From Thermoproteota archaeon (lineage in GTDB: Archaea > Korarchaeota > Korarchaeia > Korarchaeales > JAOZGB01), in contig JAVCBU010000014.1 of assembly GCA_037917685.1 (NCBI GenBank), positions 1 to 64,000 of the forward strand: a DNA stretch of 64,000 nucleotides. Reading direction: 5' to 3'. This document shows, one piece after another, positions 10,267 to 20,362 of the stretch. Below the pieces are notes generated by a model. The model saw nothing but the letters and a program-made list of their open reading frames with translations, had not been told where the DNA came from and ran no database searches. The translations under genes and the position numbers were made by a program. Positions within the stretch are counted from its first letter, which is position 1. Every line of letters starts with the position of its first letter.

Positions 10267-11583
10267 TTGGATACTGAAGAGGTGTTGAACTATTATAGGA
10301 GAGAAGACGTTGTAAAGGAAATTGTAGACTATTCAAAGTCTAGGTGGGTTTCAATCGAGTGTGAAAGCCAGGAGGATAGGAGGATATTTCTAAGATACTG
10401 GGCAAAGGGGAGGCTTCCCCTTAGAATAAAATCGAAGGAAGATGTAGCGAAAATTCTAGGAAGGTTCAAGAGCTTAAAACCGAGAAGCATATATGCGACA
10501 ATACACCTTTACAAAAGCCTTAGTAATGTGGACGATCCCTCATCCATCGCGTCCACAACCCCCATATGGGATATAGATGTGGCAATCGATGACTGGAAGC
10601 TCGCGCTTAAAGCAGCAGCGGTAATCGCTGAGATTTTAGAAGAGGAGGGGGTGGCTGAGTCGGTATATCTTAAGTGGTCTGGCAGAGGAATACACGTACA
10701 CCTTCACGAGAATGCTTTTTCCGGAGATCTTAGGGCAAAAGTGAACCCTTTAGATCTGGCTTATGCCACGGTAGAGTATGTTAGGGTTAAAGCGGAGAAA
10801 AGACTGTCGACTACTCTTCCTAGGCCTGGAAGTTTGAAAATTGAGAATGAAATGGACATAAAGAGGGTTTTCACTGTGCCTATGTCCCTCCATAGAATTT
10901 TGGACCGTGCATGTGTCTGCTTTAAACCGGAAGATATACCTAACTTTACCCTTGACTGGGTTAATCCGGACAACCCCAAACATAACATGGAATGGAGGAA
11001 ACATGTTGAGGGAGAAGCTGACAATTTAGGCGCTAAAGCGTTTAAGCAGGTGGGTGGGTATATAGGCTGGCAGAAGCCTGCCGGGGAACGGGCCGTAGCC
11101 ACGCCTGCCAGGGCGGCTAAAACCGGGAGGATTGGCAGGTTCCAGGTGATGGCGCTTCTACAGGCGGCAAGGTACTATCTTGTTAAGGGAGACCTGGAGA
11201 AGGCGAAGAGCTTCGGCCTAAACAGGGCGATATTCTATGCATGGGCAAAGTATCATGGGAGAGAACGCAGGGAAGCTGTGGGTATACGTAAACCGGAGGG
11301 GGAGAAGCCTTTAGAGGGGCAGAAAGTTGAGATGCTGGGAAACGAGGCTGCCTTCATTTCCGGTAGGGGGTGGTTCACAATTGGAGGGCAGGAGCAGACC
11401 CCCAGAGACTATGACAGGCAGATCGTGGCAAGGATTAATAGTGTCGCCCCCTACGAAAAAGCCTGGGATGCAGCTGTCAGGTATCTCTCAGGGTTCCCAA
11501 AGGAGGTTCTGCTTGACCAGAGAAGGTTTTATGAGAAGGCTTACAAGCCTGTTAGGGACAGGTTTCTAGAGTTACTGGAGTAA
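10267..11583 (+). CDS. Archaeo-eukaryotic primase (AEP/PriS-like) domain fused to an uncharacterised C-terminal helical domain
   Basis: Motif I WDID, motif II WSGRGIHVH, motif III MD..RVFTVPMSLH; low-complexity linker, then GRFQVMALLQAAR...GLNRAIFYAWAK. Confidence 0.75.
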   Translation: MDTEEVLNYYRREDVVKEIVDYSKSRWVSIECESQEDRRIFLRYWAKGRLPLRIKSKEDVAKILGRFKSLKPRSIYATIHLYKSLSNVDDPSSIASTTPIWDIDVAIDDWKLALKAAAVIAEILEEEGVAESVYLKWSGRGIHVHLHENAFSGDLRAKVNPLDLAYATVEYVRVKAEKRLSTTLPRPGSLKIENEMDIKRVFTVPMSLHRILDRACVCFKPEDIPNFTLDWVNPDNPKHNMEWRKHVEGEADNLGAKAFKQVGGYIGWQKPAGERAVATPARAAKTGRIGRFQVMALLQAARYYLVKGDLEKAKSFGLNRAIFYAWAKYHGRERREAVGIRKPEGEKPLEGQKVEMLGNEAAFISGRGWFTIGGQEQTPRDYDRQIVARINSVAPYEKAWDAAVRYLSGFPKEVLLDQRRFYEKAYKPVRDRFLELLE

Positions 11584-12129
11584 CCCGTGGCTTCTAGCCT
11601 TTTCGGTGAACCTTAGGAGTATCTCACTCCTCTTGTCAGATGCAACCTTTGGTGAAATCTCATACATCCCGTGGATTACGTATCCAGACCCTTCCTGGTA
11701 AATCCCAACTCCCACAACCTTACAGCCGGAGTCTCTTATAGCTTCGTCCATAAGCTTGCCTAGCAGCTTTAGGTTGCCCCCCTTAACGTGGGCTAGCACC
11801 TCGTCTATAATTACGCCTCTATAGATTAGGAGGGGTTTGAAGATCAGCATGTGGTTTGGGATCTTAATGTATCTTCCAGTCTTCATGGACGGCAGCCTCT
11901 GCCCATCCCCCACCTCGTGTAGTGTCGTCCTCAAAGGGCCTATCTTCCTAATTTCGCCCTTGATCGGTGTCGGCTCCAGGATTTTAATTCTAACCCCCCT
12001 GTGGACCTCGTTCCTCGTCTTGAGGACTATGTAGGCAAGTAGATTCTGAAGGTAGTCTCTGAAGACAAAGGAGATTCCTAGGAGGCTGAGCAGGGTTAAA
12101 ACACCGCTGAAACCTATACTTAGACCCAA
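11572..12129 (-). CDS. MscS-like mechanosensitive channel domain protein (short)
   Basis: FRDYLQNLLA, GEIRKIGPLRT, IKIPNH. Confidence 0.7.
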   Translation of the reverse strand: MGLSIGFSGVLTLLSLLGISFVFRDYLQNLLAYIVLKTRNEVHRGVRIKILEPTPIKGEIRKIGPLRTTLHEVGDGQRLPSMKTGRYIKIPNHMLIFKPLLIYRGVIIDEVLAHVKGGNLKLLGKLMDEAIRDSGCKVVGVGIYQEGSGYVIHGMYEISPKVASDKRSEILLRFTEKARSHGLLQ

Positions 12130-12225
12130 CTATACCACGACAGATTATAAGGCTTCTACCCAATTTTAGACTTGATCCGACGGTAAACGTTCAAACTTTT
12201 AATCTTACCCTAGGAATTCCAAGGG

Positions 12226-13959
12226 TTGGAGGGATTGTTGAAGGAAGGAGTACTAATACTCATACTCATAGCCAGTTCTTATAATGGTGCTGAAGTAGTA
12301 GACAAAGCCTACTCGTCTCTTCTATCGCTTTCAAACTGGCTTCTATCGGTTCAGGACAGCTCAGGCATGTTTAACGTTCTTTACAGCCAGGAATTTCCTA
12401 ACTATAAGGACGCACTAATCCTTGGCTATGCGGCGATGATACTGCTTGACGCTTACAAGCTAACCCAGGTGCCAGAATACATGGAGGCTGCGAATAGGAC
12501 ACTCAGACTGCTTACAGAATGGCAGACAGAAGAGGGGGGATGGCCCAGCCATACAAAGTTCAACATGGAGGGAATATTCTACCCACTAATGGCCTACTCG
12601 AAATATAAAATGTATACCGGCAGTGGAGCCTATGAAAACTCAACTCTAAAAGCAGCTCTTAGACTTTCAAACCTGATAAAAAGCATTGGTGTAAAATATG
12701 TATTTGAAGCTGGAGAATACTGCTACGCCCTCCAGCTTGCATGGATGGCTACTGGAAACCCTGAAGTGCAGGCTTCGGCGGAGGAGATCCTAGGCCTAAT
12801 CGTTGAGAGCTTTGACGTTGAGGCTGGAGCCTGGAATACAGACGTCTATGGTAACGGGCCAGCTGGCATTTGGGACGCGGTTCTACCAGCCTTACCGTTA
12901 CTTAACAGCGGCAACGCCATCCTAAAGGGTATAGCGGCTAAGTCTATGGAATGGGCATACAAGAACCTCAGATCCGTGGAGCTAGGCGGCTATAGGGCCT
13001 GCATCGTGACAAGTGAGATAGTGGTTACTCTAGAGGCGTACATAGACGTAGAAAATACATACACGCATTTCACAGCTGAATACCTAATCCTATCATCAAC
13101 CCTGGGGCATAACAGTTCTCTTGAAGCTCTAAACTGGCTGCTCGAAATGCAGTCTGACGAGGGAGGATTCTACTATAAGAGGACGTACACCGGGGTAAGG
13201 GATGAGAGAATATACCTATGGGATAGTCTATGGGCTGGGTTTGGACTAGTGGTATTCCTTAACAGGATGGGCGATCAATACTATCAAAATTCCAGGTCAA
13301 AACTCCTGGCAGAAGTTGACCGTCTCAGAAGGATAGGAGTATGGGTGAACGATACCCTAAAACTCATAGCTGAAGCTGACAGTCTGCTGGGAGAAGGACT
13401 CATACATTCAGCCTTTCAAATGCTAGAGCAATCCTATGACAAGCTTAACAGATCATATGAAGCTTTCATCGAGATAGGCAGGTTTGAGAACCTGACTGTT
13501 GACATGGATAGTAGAGGGTGCAATGTTTCACACCTATTTGCTATGGTTGGTAAGTGCTGGAAGCTCTACAATCTGGGCATGATGTACGAAGCCGTTACAA
13601 TCGCGAGACAGGGGATGTTTGAGGCAGAGAGAGTAGAGGCGGAAGCTAGAACGGCCGCGAGAAATATTATAGACCAAGCTTCCCAGGCCATAAGTAAAGC
13701 CTTGAGATACAGGGTTAAAGTAGATATGGCCGAGTGCTACCTTAGCATAGCATTCAGCTCATACTATGAGGGAAATTATACCCATGCGATCAAATATGCA
13801 AGGATGGCTGAGGAGCTAGCTATGGAAAGGCTGAAATCCAGACTGAACACTTTAAAATACCTGTTAACTCTCGCAATCGGAGCCCTAGCCGTCACCCTAA
13901 CCCTTGGTTTCAGGAGAGGAAGGAAGCATCCTAAAGAGAGTCAGCCTACTCCTGTTTAA
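12226..13959 (+). CDS. Secreted, membrane-anchored alpha/alpha-toroid (prenyltransferase/squalene-cyclase repeat-like) protein
   Basis: Signal-like N-terminus; repeats WLLSVQDSSG, EWQTEEGGW, WLLEMQSDEGGF; C-terminal TM followed by basic residues. Confidence 0.6.
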   Translation: MEGLLKEGVLILILIASSYNGAEVVDKAYSSLLSLSNWLLSVQDSSGMFNVLYSQEFPNYKDALILGYAAMILLDAYKLTQVPEYMEAANRTLRLLTEWQTEEGGWPSHTKFNMEGIFYPLMAYSKYKMYTGSGAYENSTLKAALRLSNLIKSIGVKYVFEAGEYCYALQLAWMATGNPEVQASAEEILGLIVESFDVEAGAWNTDVYGNGPAGIWDAVLPALPLLNSGNAILKGIAAKSMEWAYKNLRSVELGGYRACIVTSEIVVTLEAYIDVENTYTHFTAEYLILSSTLGHNSSLEALNWLLEMQSDEGGFYYKRTYTGVRDERIYLWDSLWAGFGLVVFLNRMGDQYYQNSRSKLLAEVDRLRRIGVWVNDTLKLIAEADSLLGEGLIHSAFQMLEQSYDKLNRSYEAFIEIGRFENLTVDMDSRGCNVSHLFAMVGKCWKLYNLGMMYEAVTIARQGMFEAERVEAEARTAARNIIDQASQAISKALRYRVKVDMAECYLSIAFSSYYEGNYTHAIKYARMAEELAMERLKSRLNTLKYLLTLAIGALAVTLTLGFRRGRKHPKESQPTPV

Positions 13960-14578
13960 TTACACTTTTGAAAGGTTTTAAGGATTCCTGAAGCTTTACA
14001 TTTGCAGAGACATGTAAGAATTCAGATTTAGACTTCTCAAGCAGCGATCTTATGTAGTCTGTCTTCCTCCGTAGCGGTACAAGAGCATCCGGGTATGATA
14101 ACATCGAAACACCGTTATAAATCTCCTCCATAAGCTCCAGGAGTCTTTTAGCCTCTTCAAGGTTGCCCGTAATAAGATTTGACAGGAACTCCCTTCTCAG
14201 TTCACCTACTAGATCGCAGAGCCCTATTATGTATTCTCTAGCTGGTATCCCAAGTTCATCGTGTCCTGGAAGCCTTGATCCTTCCTTAACGTGCAAAAGT
14301 AATATGTCCTCAGCGAGCTCCTGAAACGCCACCGACATGTATGGGTACACCACTGAGTATATGTTAGGGCTTGACAGGTACTTGTTTATAAAGCTTTTGG
14401 CATCCTCCAGCAAGCTGTAGAGAGAGCTTCTCGCCTCTGCAGTCTTTCCGGATCTAAGTGATGTCTCAGCCTTTTTACACTCTCTAACTATCTTTCTAGA
14501 CTTAGCTAATGCCTCCTCCCTTGCACTGTCAAGGGCGTCTAGGGTTACTGAGGCTTTCTCTACATGTTTCTTGATCAA
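13946..14578 (-). CDS. Translin/Trax family protein
   Basis: RE...SR.IVR, QELAE, YIIGLCDLVGELRR, LRRKTD. Confidence 0.88.
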   Translation of the reverse strand: MIKKHVEKASVTLDALDSAREEALAKSRKIVRECKKAETSLRSGKTAEARSSLYSLLEDAKSFINKYLSSPNIYSVVYPYMSVAFQELAEDILLLHVKEGSRLPGHDELGIPAREYIIGLCDLVGELRREFLSNLITGNLEEAKRLLELMEEIYNGVSMLSYPDALVPLRRKTDYIRSLLEKSKSEFLHVSANVKLQESLKPFKSVIKQE

Positions 14579-14599
14579 CTGTTATACACCAAACCGGTA

Positions 14600-15414
14600 T
14601 CAGGGTGGAATTTCATGACTTATCATTTTGGATGATATTAAAGCTTTAATCTTGCTTTCTAAGCCCATCACTTGCATCTTGTAGGTCATGGTTACTTCCT
14701 GTTCCACCTGCCATCCTCTCTCGACATCTATAAGTATGTACCCGTACATTTGGAGCTCGGCAGTCATATTTTCGCCGAAGAGAATCATCTCTACTCTCCC
14801 TTCACTAATGGAGAACTCTATTTTTGCCACAGTATAGCTTTCCCGGCGATAACTGTCTTCTCAACGGATTTTAACCTGTAAACTATTGTACCGGTGATCC
14901 TGCTATCACCGAAGCCGAGAAAGCTGAGATTATAGTCTAGAGGGGTAGACCAGCTCTCTCCAACCTTTAAAGGATCCGTGGGGTATCCGCCCTGAACTGT
15001 TACGGGAAGCGAATTTGAAAATTCTGTTCCAAACATTTCTATCTCTACGGGCTGCATCCTGTCGTCAACCTTAAGCTTGAACTCCTCAGTTCCCAGCATC
15101 TCCTGCTCCGTGACACATTTAAGCGTGTACATGTTGCCAGTAACATTCTCCACGTAGAATGTTATCATGGAGGATGTAGCTATCGGCTGTTCCGCAAGCT
15201 CTAGGGAAAGCGTAACATTATACACCACCTTCTCCCCAACAACCGGTTGGAATCTAAGTAGAACCTCCTGCTGTCTTTCTCGTAGAAATATGAGGAGAAT
15301 CAAACCAGATGCTAATACTCCAAATACTATGCCTAAAAGTATCCTCCTTTTCTTCTCTGCTGTAGGAGGGGATATTTCAAGCTGAACCTCGGTAGGCTCC
15401 CCCATACAGGTCAA
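14600..15414 (-). pseudogene. Frameshifted membrane-anchored hypothetical protein (two overlapping ORFs)
   Basis: ORF 14818-15414 continues in another frame after GGGAAAG (about 14840) as SYTVAKIEF into ORF 14600-14830. Confidence 0.55.
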
Positions 15415-15506
15415 TAACAGATATCTGTTGTTATATTAAAAGTTGTACATTATACCATCTTGAGTTTATGACAAGCCTGTTGCAAGCTTTATACCATGGC
15501 TTATTA

Positions 15507-16505
15507 TCAACCTGTTTTCAGGCTTCTCTTCTCCTTTGCCTTTTCAAGCTTGTTTAGAAGTGCCATACAATCCTCTGGCGGACTTTTCAGCTCTAGCATT
15601 CCCCTGTTGGCTGCAAGTTCGAGGATCTTCTTTCCTGTTTCAGTCCTAACCAGGATGGTTGACCAGCCCTCTTCCGAGCCGATGCTTCCAATGGAAATGT
15701 CTGAGTAAAGTGCTGTAAGGTCGACGCAGGTGCGGCATGATCCCCTCATAAAACTCTTAAGCTTTTTAACTGGAACCTCAGCCTTTCCTCCTCCCCTAAG
15801 GTGGACAGTGAATTTTCCATGTTTGATCTGCATTTTACCCGCGTCTGCTGGGTCTACTCCCAGCAGGTTTGGCAGCATCTCCCGTACGAGTGTAGTGTGC
15901 TTAAAGTTTTCCATGCAAAAGATTCCAATTATCACTTTGATCTTACCCCTATACCTGCCGAAACCTTGTAGAAGCCTTGATGCTTTAACCTGGCAGGGAA
16001 CACCTACTATTGCTACCTTATCATGTTCAGATATGGCTTTCGTAAGCAGGCTGAGGTTGGGTGACGACGAGTACTTAGAGCCTGCGGATTCAACTACATC
16101 TCTCGGGGTAGTGGATATAAATGGTGTGGGCTTTAATCCGTCTGCCTTACAGGTTAATGCAGCCGTGAATAAGCCCTCCCTTAGGCCTGCTACAAGTAGA
16201 GTTGATACTACTCCTCCATCCTGGGCGCGTCCTTTAACATCTTCTAGGAGTGTCCTACCTGTGTAAGCTTCTATGACAGGTAATGTCTCGATCTCAGCCG
16301 GCTGGGATGGGCAGAACCTTAAACAGAGCTTACAATTGGCGCATTCATCCCTGTTGAAGGACGGCTCATCTACAGCAGGCTCTAAAGCCCCCTTGGGGCA
16401 GACAGCAATACAAGATCCACAGTATGAACACCTATCCTGACTTATTACCACGTCATAGACGTTTAAAGGCTCCGACAATGTAATCACTTCAATGACATGG
16501 GGCAA
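15507..16505 (-). CDS. F420 hydrogenase/dehydrogenase beta subunit (FrhB/FpoF-like) with 2x[4Fe-4S] ferredoxin domain
   Basis: CSYCGSCIAVCP, CANCKLCLRFCP, QDGGVVS, AGSKY, GVPCQ, GIFCMENF, CRTCVD, DISIGSIG. Confidence 0.9.
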   Translation of the reverse strand: MPHVIEVITLSEPLNVYDVVISQDRCSYCGSCIAVCPKGALEPAVDEPSFNRDECANCKLCLRFCPSQPAEIETLPVIEAYTGRTLLEDVKGRAQDGGVVSTLLVAGLREGLFTAALTCKADGLKPTPFISTTPRDVVESAGSKYSSSPNLSLLTKAISEHDKVAIVGVPCQVKASRLLQGFGRYRGKIKVIIGIFCMENFKHTTLVREMLPNLLGVDPADAGKMQIKHGKFTVHLRGGGKAEVPVKKLKSFMRGSCRTCVDLTALYSDISIGSIGSEEGWSTILVRTETGKKILELAANRGMLELKSPPEDCMALLNKLEKAKEKRSLKTG

Positions 16506-16594
16506 AACAATTAAATATTTTTACATTTGCCCGAATGGTTCGACGGGGCTAGGCAATTTTATATTAAGGTTCATAGGTGGACTTTCGTGGCTAA

Positions 16595-17437
16595 ATGATG
16601 CTGAATTTTAAGATTATCCCCATAATCACTCCATATTGGAGGCCCGGATACCCTTTCAACAAGGAGGTGTGCAGAATTCTCGATCCTATACTTGAGGATG
16701 GAGACATCGTAGTCTTCTCGGAGAAAGCTTTGTCTGTCGCGCTTGGCAATATAGTTGACGAGTCAAAGATCAAGCCTGGACTGCTGGCGAAGATATTAGC
16801 GGTAGGTTGGATGAGGGTTGCCTGGGGTTATCTGCTGGGGAGGCTATGCCGTATGAAACCAACGACGATAAAAAGGCTTAGGAGATACCCCTACCCTGAG
16901 GGTGCAAGACACAAGCAGGTGGCTATAAACCATGCGGGCTTGCTCGCGGCGTTGAGACACGGGTCTGAAGGCGGGATAGACGGGTCAAATCTCCCTTTCA
17001 GCTATGTCTCCCTACCCCTTCCAAACCCTGGAAGGCTGGCGGAGATGCTGGTGCAAACATTGAAGGAGAGAACTGGAAAGGACGTTGGAGTTGTCATTAT
17101 GGATAGTGACAAGATGTACCGTCTTGGACCATTGTATTTAAGTGTTAGAAGCTCGACTTTTCATTTATACAATCTAGGTTTTATATCTTATCTTGCAGGT
17201 AGATTTCTAAAGCTTAAGAGATGGCCAACCCCCGTCTCAGCCTATAATGTCAAAATAGCCTTTAAAGAACTCTTAGAAGTTCTATCGGAATGTGAGAAAG
17301 CCATGGGCTCGGGGGCAGGGCTGACTGTGTGGGATATGGCTGAGAAATTCGGCGTCGGAGTAGATGAGGTTACATGGGAAATGCTGGAGTCAATAGAGCA
17401 TAAACCCGTAGTACTTGTTAAAATCGGTTCTGGATAG
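16595..17437 (+). CDS. CofE (F420-0:gamma-glutamyl ligase)-related protein
   Basis: DGDIVVFSEKA, GGIDGSNLP, VVIMDSD. Confidence 0.75.
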   Translation: MMLNFKIIPIITPYWRPGYPFNKEVCRILDPILEDGDIVVFSEKALSVALGNIVDESKIKPGLLAKILAVGWMRVAWGYLLGRLCRMKPTTIKRLRRYPYPEGARHKQVAINHAGLLAALRHGSEGGIDGSNLPFSYVSLPLPNPGRLAEMLVQTLKERTGKDVGVVIMDSDKMYRLGPLYLSVRSSTFHLYNLGFISYLAGRFLKLKRWPTPVSAYNVKIAFKELLEVLSECEKAMGSGAGLTVWDMAEKFGVGVDEVTWEMLESIEHKPVVLVKIGSG

Positions 17438-17537
17438 AGTCTGATTCTTCCCACTTTACTGTTATGTGTAGACGCTAACGATAGAAGGCTTAAACTATTA
17501 CACTAGGAGAGCAGCAAGGATAAAGGATTGGAGGGGG

Positions 17538-18401
17538 TTACTGTGGCTTCCTTGGTTTTTCTATGAGCTTTCTCTTGTCAAGTATGGTGCCATCGTCATA
17601 GTGGGGGGTTCTCCGCAGAGTGTCACCATACTTCTCTATCTCCCTTGCCTCCAACGCGAGCATTGCCGCTACCTGCATCAGCTCGTGGGCCTCTGCGCAC
17701 ATTAGGGTGTACTTCTCCCAGTCCTTCTCAATGAAACAGGCTTTCACGGTTATGGACGCTACGTTCTTAGCCATCTCGTATGCTGCCATCGCCTTAGCCT
17801 TTGCGTAGGGGTTTTGGAAGCCCGCTGCCTCAACAGCCTTCTTCGCCGTGACCTTTATCCTTGGCAACTCCGGTTTTTCCCCCTTCTTAATACTGTCTAT
17901 TGCCTTGTCTATCTCGTTGAACAGCAGGTTTAGGGCGCCGGTGCATGCCAGCAGGGTTATAGCGTTTGCATTGAACAATGCCATCTCTGCAGGATCGAGG
18001 AATTCTCTCCTCGCACCAATCATTGAGTCTGCCTCTACAATAATATAGCCTACTCCAAGCTCCTCGTATTTTTCCTTAGCCTTTAAAGCAGGGGGATCCG
18101 AGACAACTATCAATGGCTTACCCGCACCCGCTATCTTCTCAACAGCCTTCATAGGACCTTTCAAGGATGCATTGGGGGAGGTGAGTACCACTAGGTCCGG
18201 GTTCAGCTCCAAAAGCTTCCCGGCTATCTCCTCAGCTTGGCTTGGTCCTAGTTTAGCCCCTGAGCTGACTACTCTCACGTCTATGTCCTCACGTTCTGCC
18301 CTCTCATCAAGAAGGAACTCTAACATAGGTGCTGAGGCTATATTCCCCAGCTTCAAAAATCCTATTTTCACAGTCACGTTGACACCACTGTTCCAAGCCA
18401 C
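17538..18401 (-). CDS. mtd: F420-dependent methylene-H4MPT dehydrogenase
   Basis: KLGNIA, LLDERAEREDI, SGAK, DSMIGARREFLDPAEMALFN, NPYAKAKAMAA, RTPH. Confidence 0.95.
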   Translation of the reverse strand: MAWNSGVNVTVKIGFLKLGNIASAPMLEFLLDERAEREDIDVRVVSSGAKLGPSQAEEIAGKLLELNPDLVVLTSPNASLKGPMKAVEKIAGAGKPLIVVSDPPALKAKEKYEELGVGYIIVEADSMIGARREFLDPAEMALFNANAITLLACTGALNLLFNEIDKAIDSIKKGEKPELPRIKVTAKKAVEAAGFQNPYAKAKAMAAYEMAKNVASITVKACFIEKDWEKYTLMCAEAHELMQVAAMLALEAREIEKYGDTLRRTPHYDDGTILDKRKLIEKPRKPQ

Positions 18402-18510
18402 TAAATTTTTATAGATATTTCTATGGGATAGGTTTGGCAGCCTTACATGGTGTCTGCCGTACTAAAGAATATATGGGTGATGGGGGTAGACAGGTAAAAA
18501 ATGGGGGCTT

Positions 18511-19197
18511 CTACTTTATTTTTGGCATTATCTTCTTCTCCGCGTACTCCCTGACAACGTCCTTGAGGCCTAGGCCGAGTGCTGCTCCTATGCCTATTGC
18601 TGCTCCTATGGCTACGCCTATGACCATATACCTGACGATGTCCTCGAGGAGTGATACGTCGATCATCATTTGTCTTAGGCCTATGAGGAACACTATGAAG
18701 TATACCATAATCTTGAAGAGGTTTCCAAATATGCTTGCCCATTCAAGCTTTTTCTCCTCGCTGATTCTGATTATCAGGTCTCCTAGGAAGTCGCCGGCGA
18801 TAAAGCCGCCTATGATAATTATCATGCCAGCTGCCAGGTTAGGCAGGTATGCCACGACCCTCTGGAGGAATGCGCTCAGCATTTGGATGCCTAGAATGTC
18901 GGATGCAGCCATAATAGCCAGGAGGTACACAAACCATCTCGCTATTATATCGAATATCCTGACGATGCTTACCTTTGTCCTCTCTTCAATAGCCTTTCCG
19001 ACCGTTGTTCCTCTGATGGCGTCGTCTACTCCTATCTTGTCCAGTATGTAGGATACTGCTTTCCCGAACGCTCTTCCTGCAGCCCATCCGATGAGCAGTA
19101 TTACGATTGCACTTACTAGCTTAGGTATCCACATACTTACAAACTCCGTCAACCTTTCTATTATCTGTTGAATTGGCGGCTGCATGGCAGTCACCAT
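18511..19197 (-). CDS. TM-helix repeat protein (CmpX/MscS-associated family)
   Basis: IPKLVSAIVILLIG and LPNLAAGMIIIIGG repeats; ALGLGLKD. Confidence 0.75.
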   Translation of the reverse strand: MVTAMQPPIQQIIERLTEFVSMWIPKLVSAIVILLIGWAAGRAFGKAVSYILDKIGVDDAIRGTTVGKAIEERTKVSIVRIFDIIARWFVYLLAIMAASDILGIQMLSAFLQRVVAYLPNLAAGMIIIIGGFIAGDFLGDLIIRISEEKKLEWASIFGNLFKIMVYFIVFLIGLRQMMIDVSLLEDIVRYMVIGVAIGAAIGIGAALGLGLKDVVREYAEKKIMPKIK

Positions 19198-19441
19198 TAG
19201 TAACTATTTGTAAGGGGTATTTAAAGATTATCAGCCTTCTAACGCTTTATATAAGATGAAATTTTGTGATATATGTAAATTTTTAAAGTAATACTTAAAA
19301 GATGTTGTTGATGACCAATGTATTTTGTATACTCATATCTCTTAAAGATATACTCTAAAGAGATTCTAGAATATGAGGGGGTCTTAGTAAGCCAATTAAT
19401 TATTTTAATATTTGAATTTCAAGGGTTTACGGGGGTAAGAA

Positions 19442-20362
19442 TTGAAAATCGGAAATGTTGAGGTTGAGGAAACCTTTGCAGAAGCCTTCCCCATGTATGC
19501 GTCGAGGATACTGATCACTGCAAGGGACAAAGAATGGTGTCTAACAGCTGCGAGAGCGGCAACTGGATTCGCATCCTCCATAATAATGTCTCCAGCGGAG
19601 GCTGGGATAGAAAGGCTGGTACCAGAGACCGAAACACCAGATGGAAGACCTGGAATATTCATACACATATACCAACGCTCAGTCCCAGAGGTTCAGATGC
19701 AGGTTCTAGCCAGAATCGGACAGTGCGTCCTTACATGCGCTACAACATCCGTATTCGACGGCCTACCAGATGTAAAAAGGAAGATCGGAATGGGTAAGGC
19801 TGTAGCTAAGTTCGGAGATGGATTTGAGAAGAAGGAGAAGGTCTACGGCAGGAACATGTGGCGTGTACCAGTGATGGAGGGGGAATTCCTGATAGAAGAC
19901 AAGGTAGGCATAGTAAAAGGGGTAGCAGGGGGAAACATAATAATCCTAGCTGAAAGCCATGAAGCCGGACTTGAAGCTGCAATGAAGGCTGTCGAGGCAG
20001 CCCAGAACAAGGCTAAAGACATAGTTCTACCCTTCCCAGGCGGAATAGTAAGATCCGGCTCCAAGGTTGGAAGCCTAAAGTATCCAAAGTTCATAGCTAC
20101 AACAAACCACCTGCTATGCCCAACCCTCAGGGAAATGGTTAAAGAAACTCTGGTTCCACCAGGTGTAAAGAGCGTCTTCGAAATAGTGATAAACGGCCTA
20201 AATGTTGAAGCTGTTAAGCTTGCAACTGGACATGCGATCCTCGCAGCCGCATCTGTCGGCGGGGTTGTAAAGATAACCTCCGCTAACTATGGTGGAAGGC
20301 TTGGCCCCTACAAGATATACACCCATGAAGCCGTAAAGATGGCGAAGGGTGAACAGGTTTGA
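19442..20362 (+). CDS. ftr: Formylmethanofuran:H4MPT formyltransferase
   Basis: ETFAEAF, TGFASSII, TPDGRPG, RIGQCVLT, GVAGGN, FPGGIVRSGSKVGS, NYGGRLG. Confidence 0.96.
   Translation: MKIGNVEVEETFAEAFPMYASRILITARDKEWCLTAARAATGFASSIIMSPAEAGIERLVPETETPDGRPGIFIHIYQRSVPEVQMQVLARIGQCVLTCATTSVFDGLPDVKRKIGMGKAVAKFGDGFEKKEKVYGRNMWRVPVMEGEFLIEDKVGIVKGVAGGNIIILAESHEAGLEAAMKAVEAAQNKAKDIVLPFPGGIVRSGSKVGSLKYPKFIATTNHLLCPTLREMVKETLVPPGVKSVFEIVINGLNVEAVKLATGHAILAAASVGGVVKITSANYGGRLGPYKIYTHEAVKMAKGEQV

Noticed and set aside
14835-14848. Programmed -1 frameshift at GGGAAAG
   Set aside because: The heptamer is not in the X-XXY-YYZ phase of the upstream ORF; a single-base deletion or sequencing error is simpler.
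16528-16549. tRNA fragment (GGTTCGA)
   Set aside because: Only a short hairpin; no cloverleaf can be formed.
18434-19051. 205-aa plus-strand ORF and many similar antisense ORFs in the track
   Set aside because: Shadow ORFs opposite well-supported genes, with no recognisable motifs.
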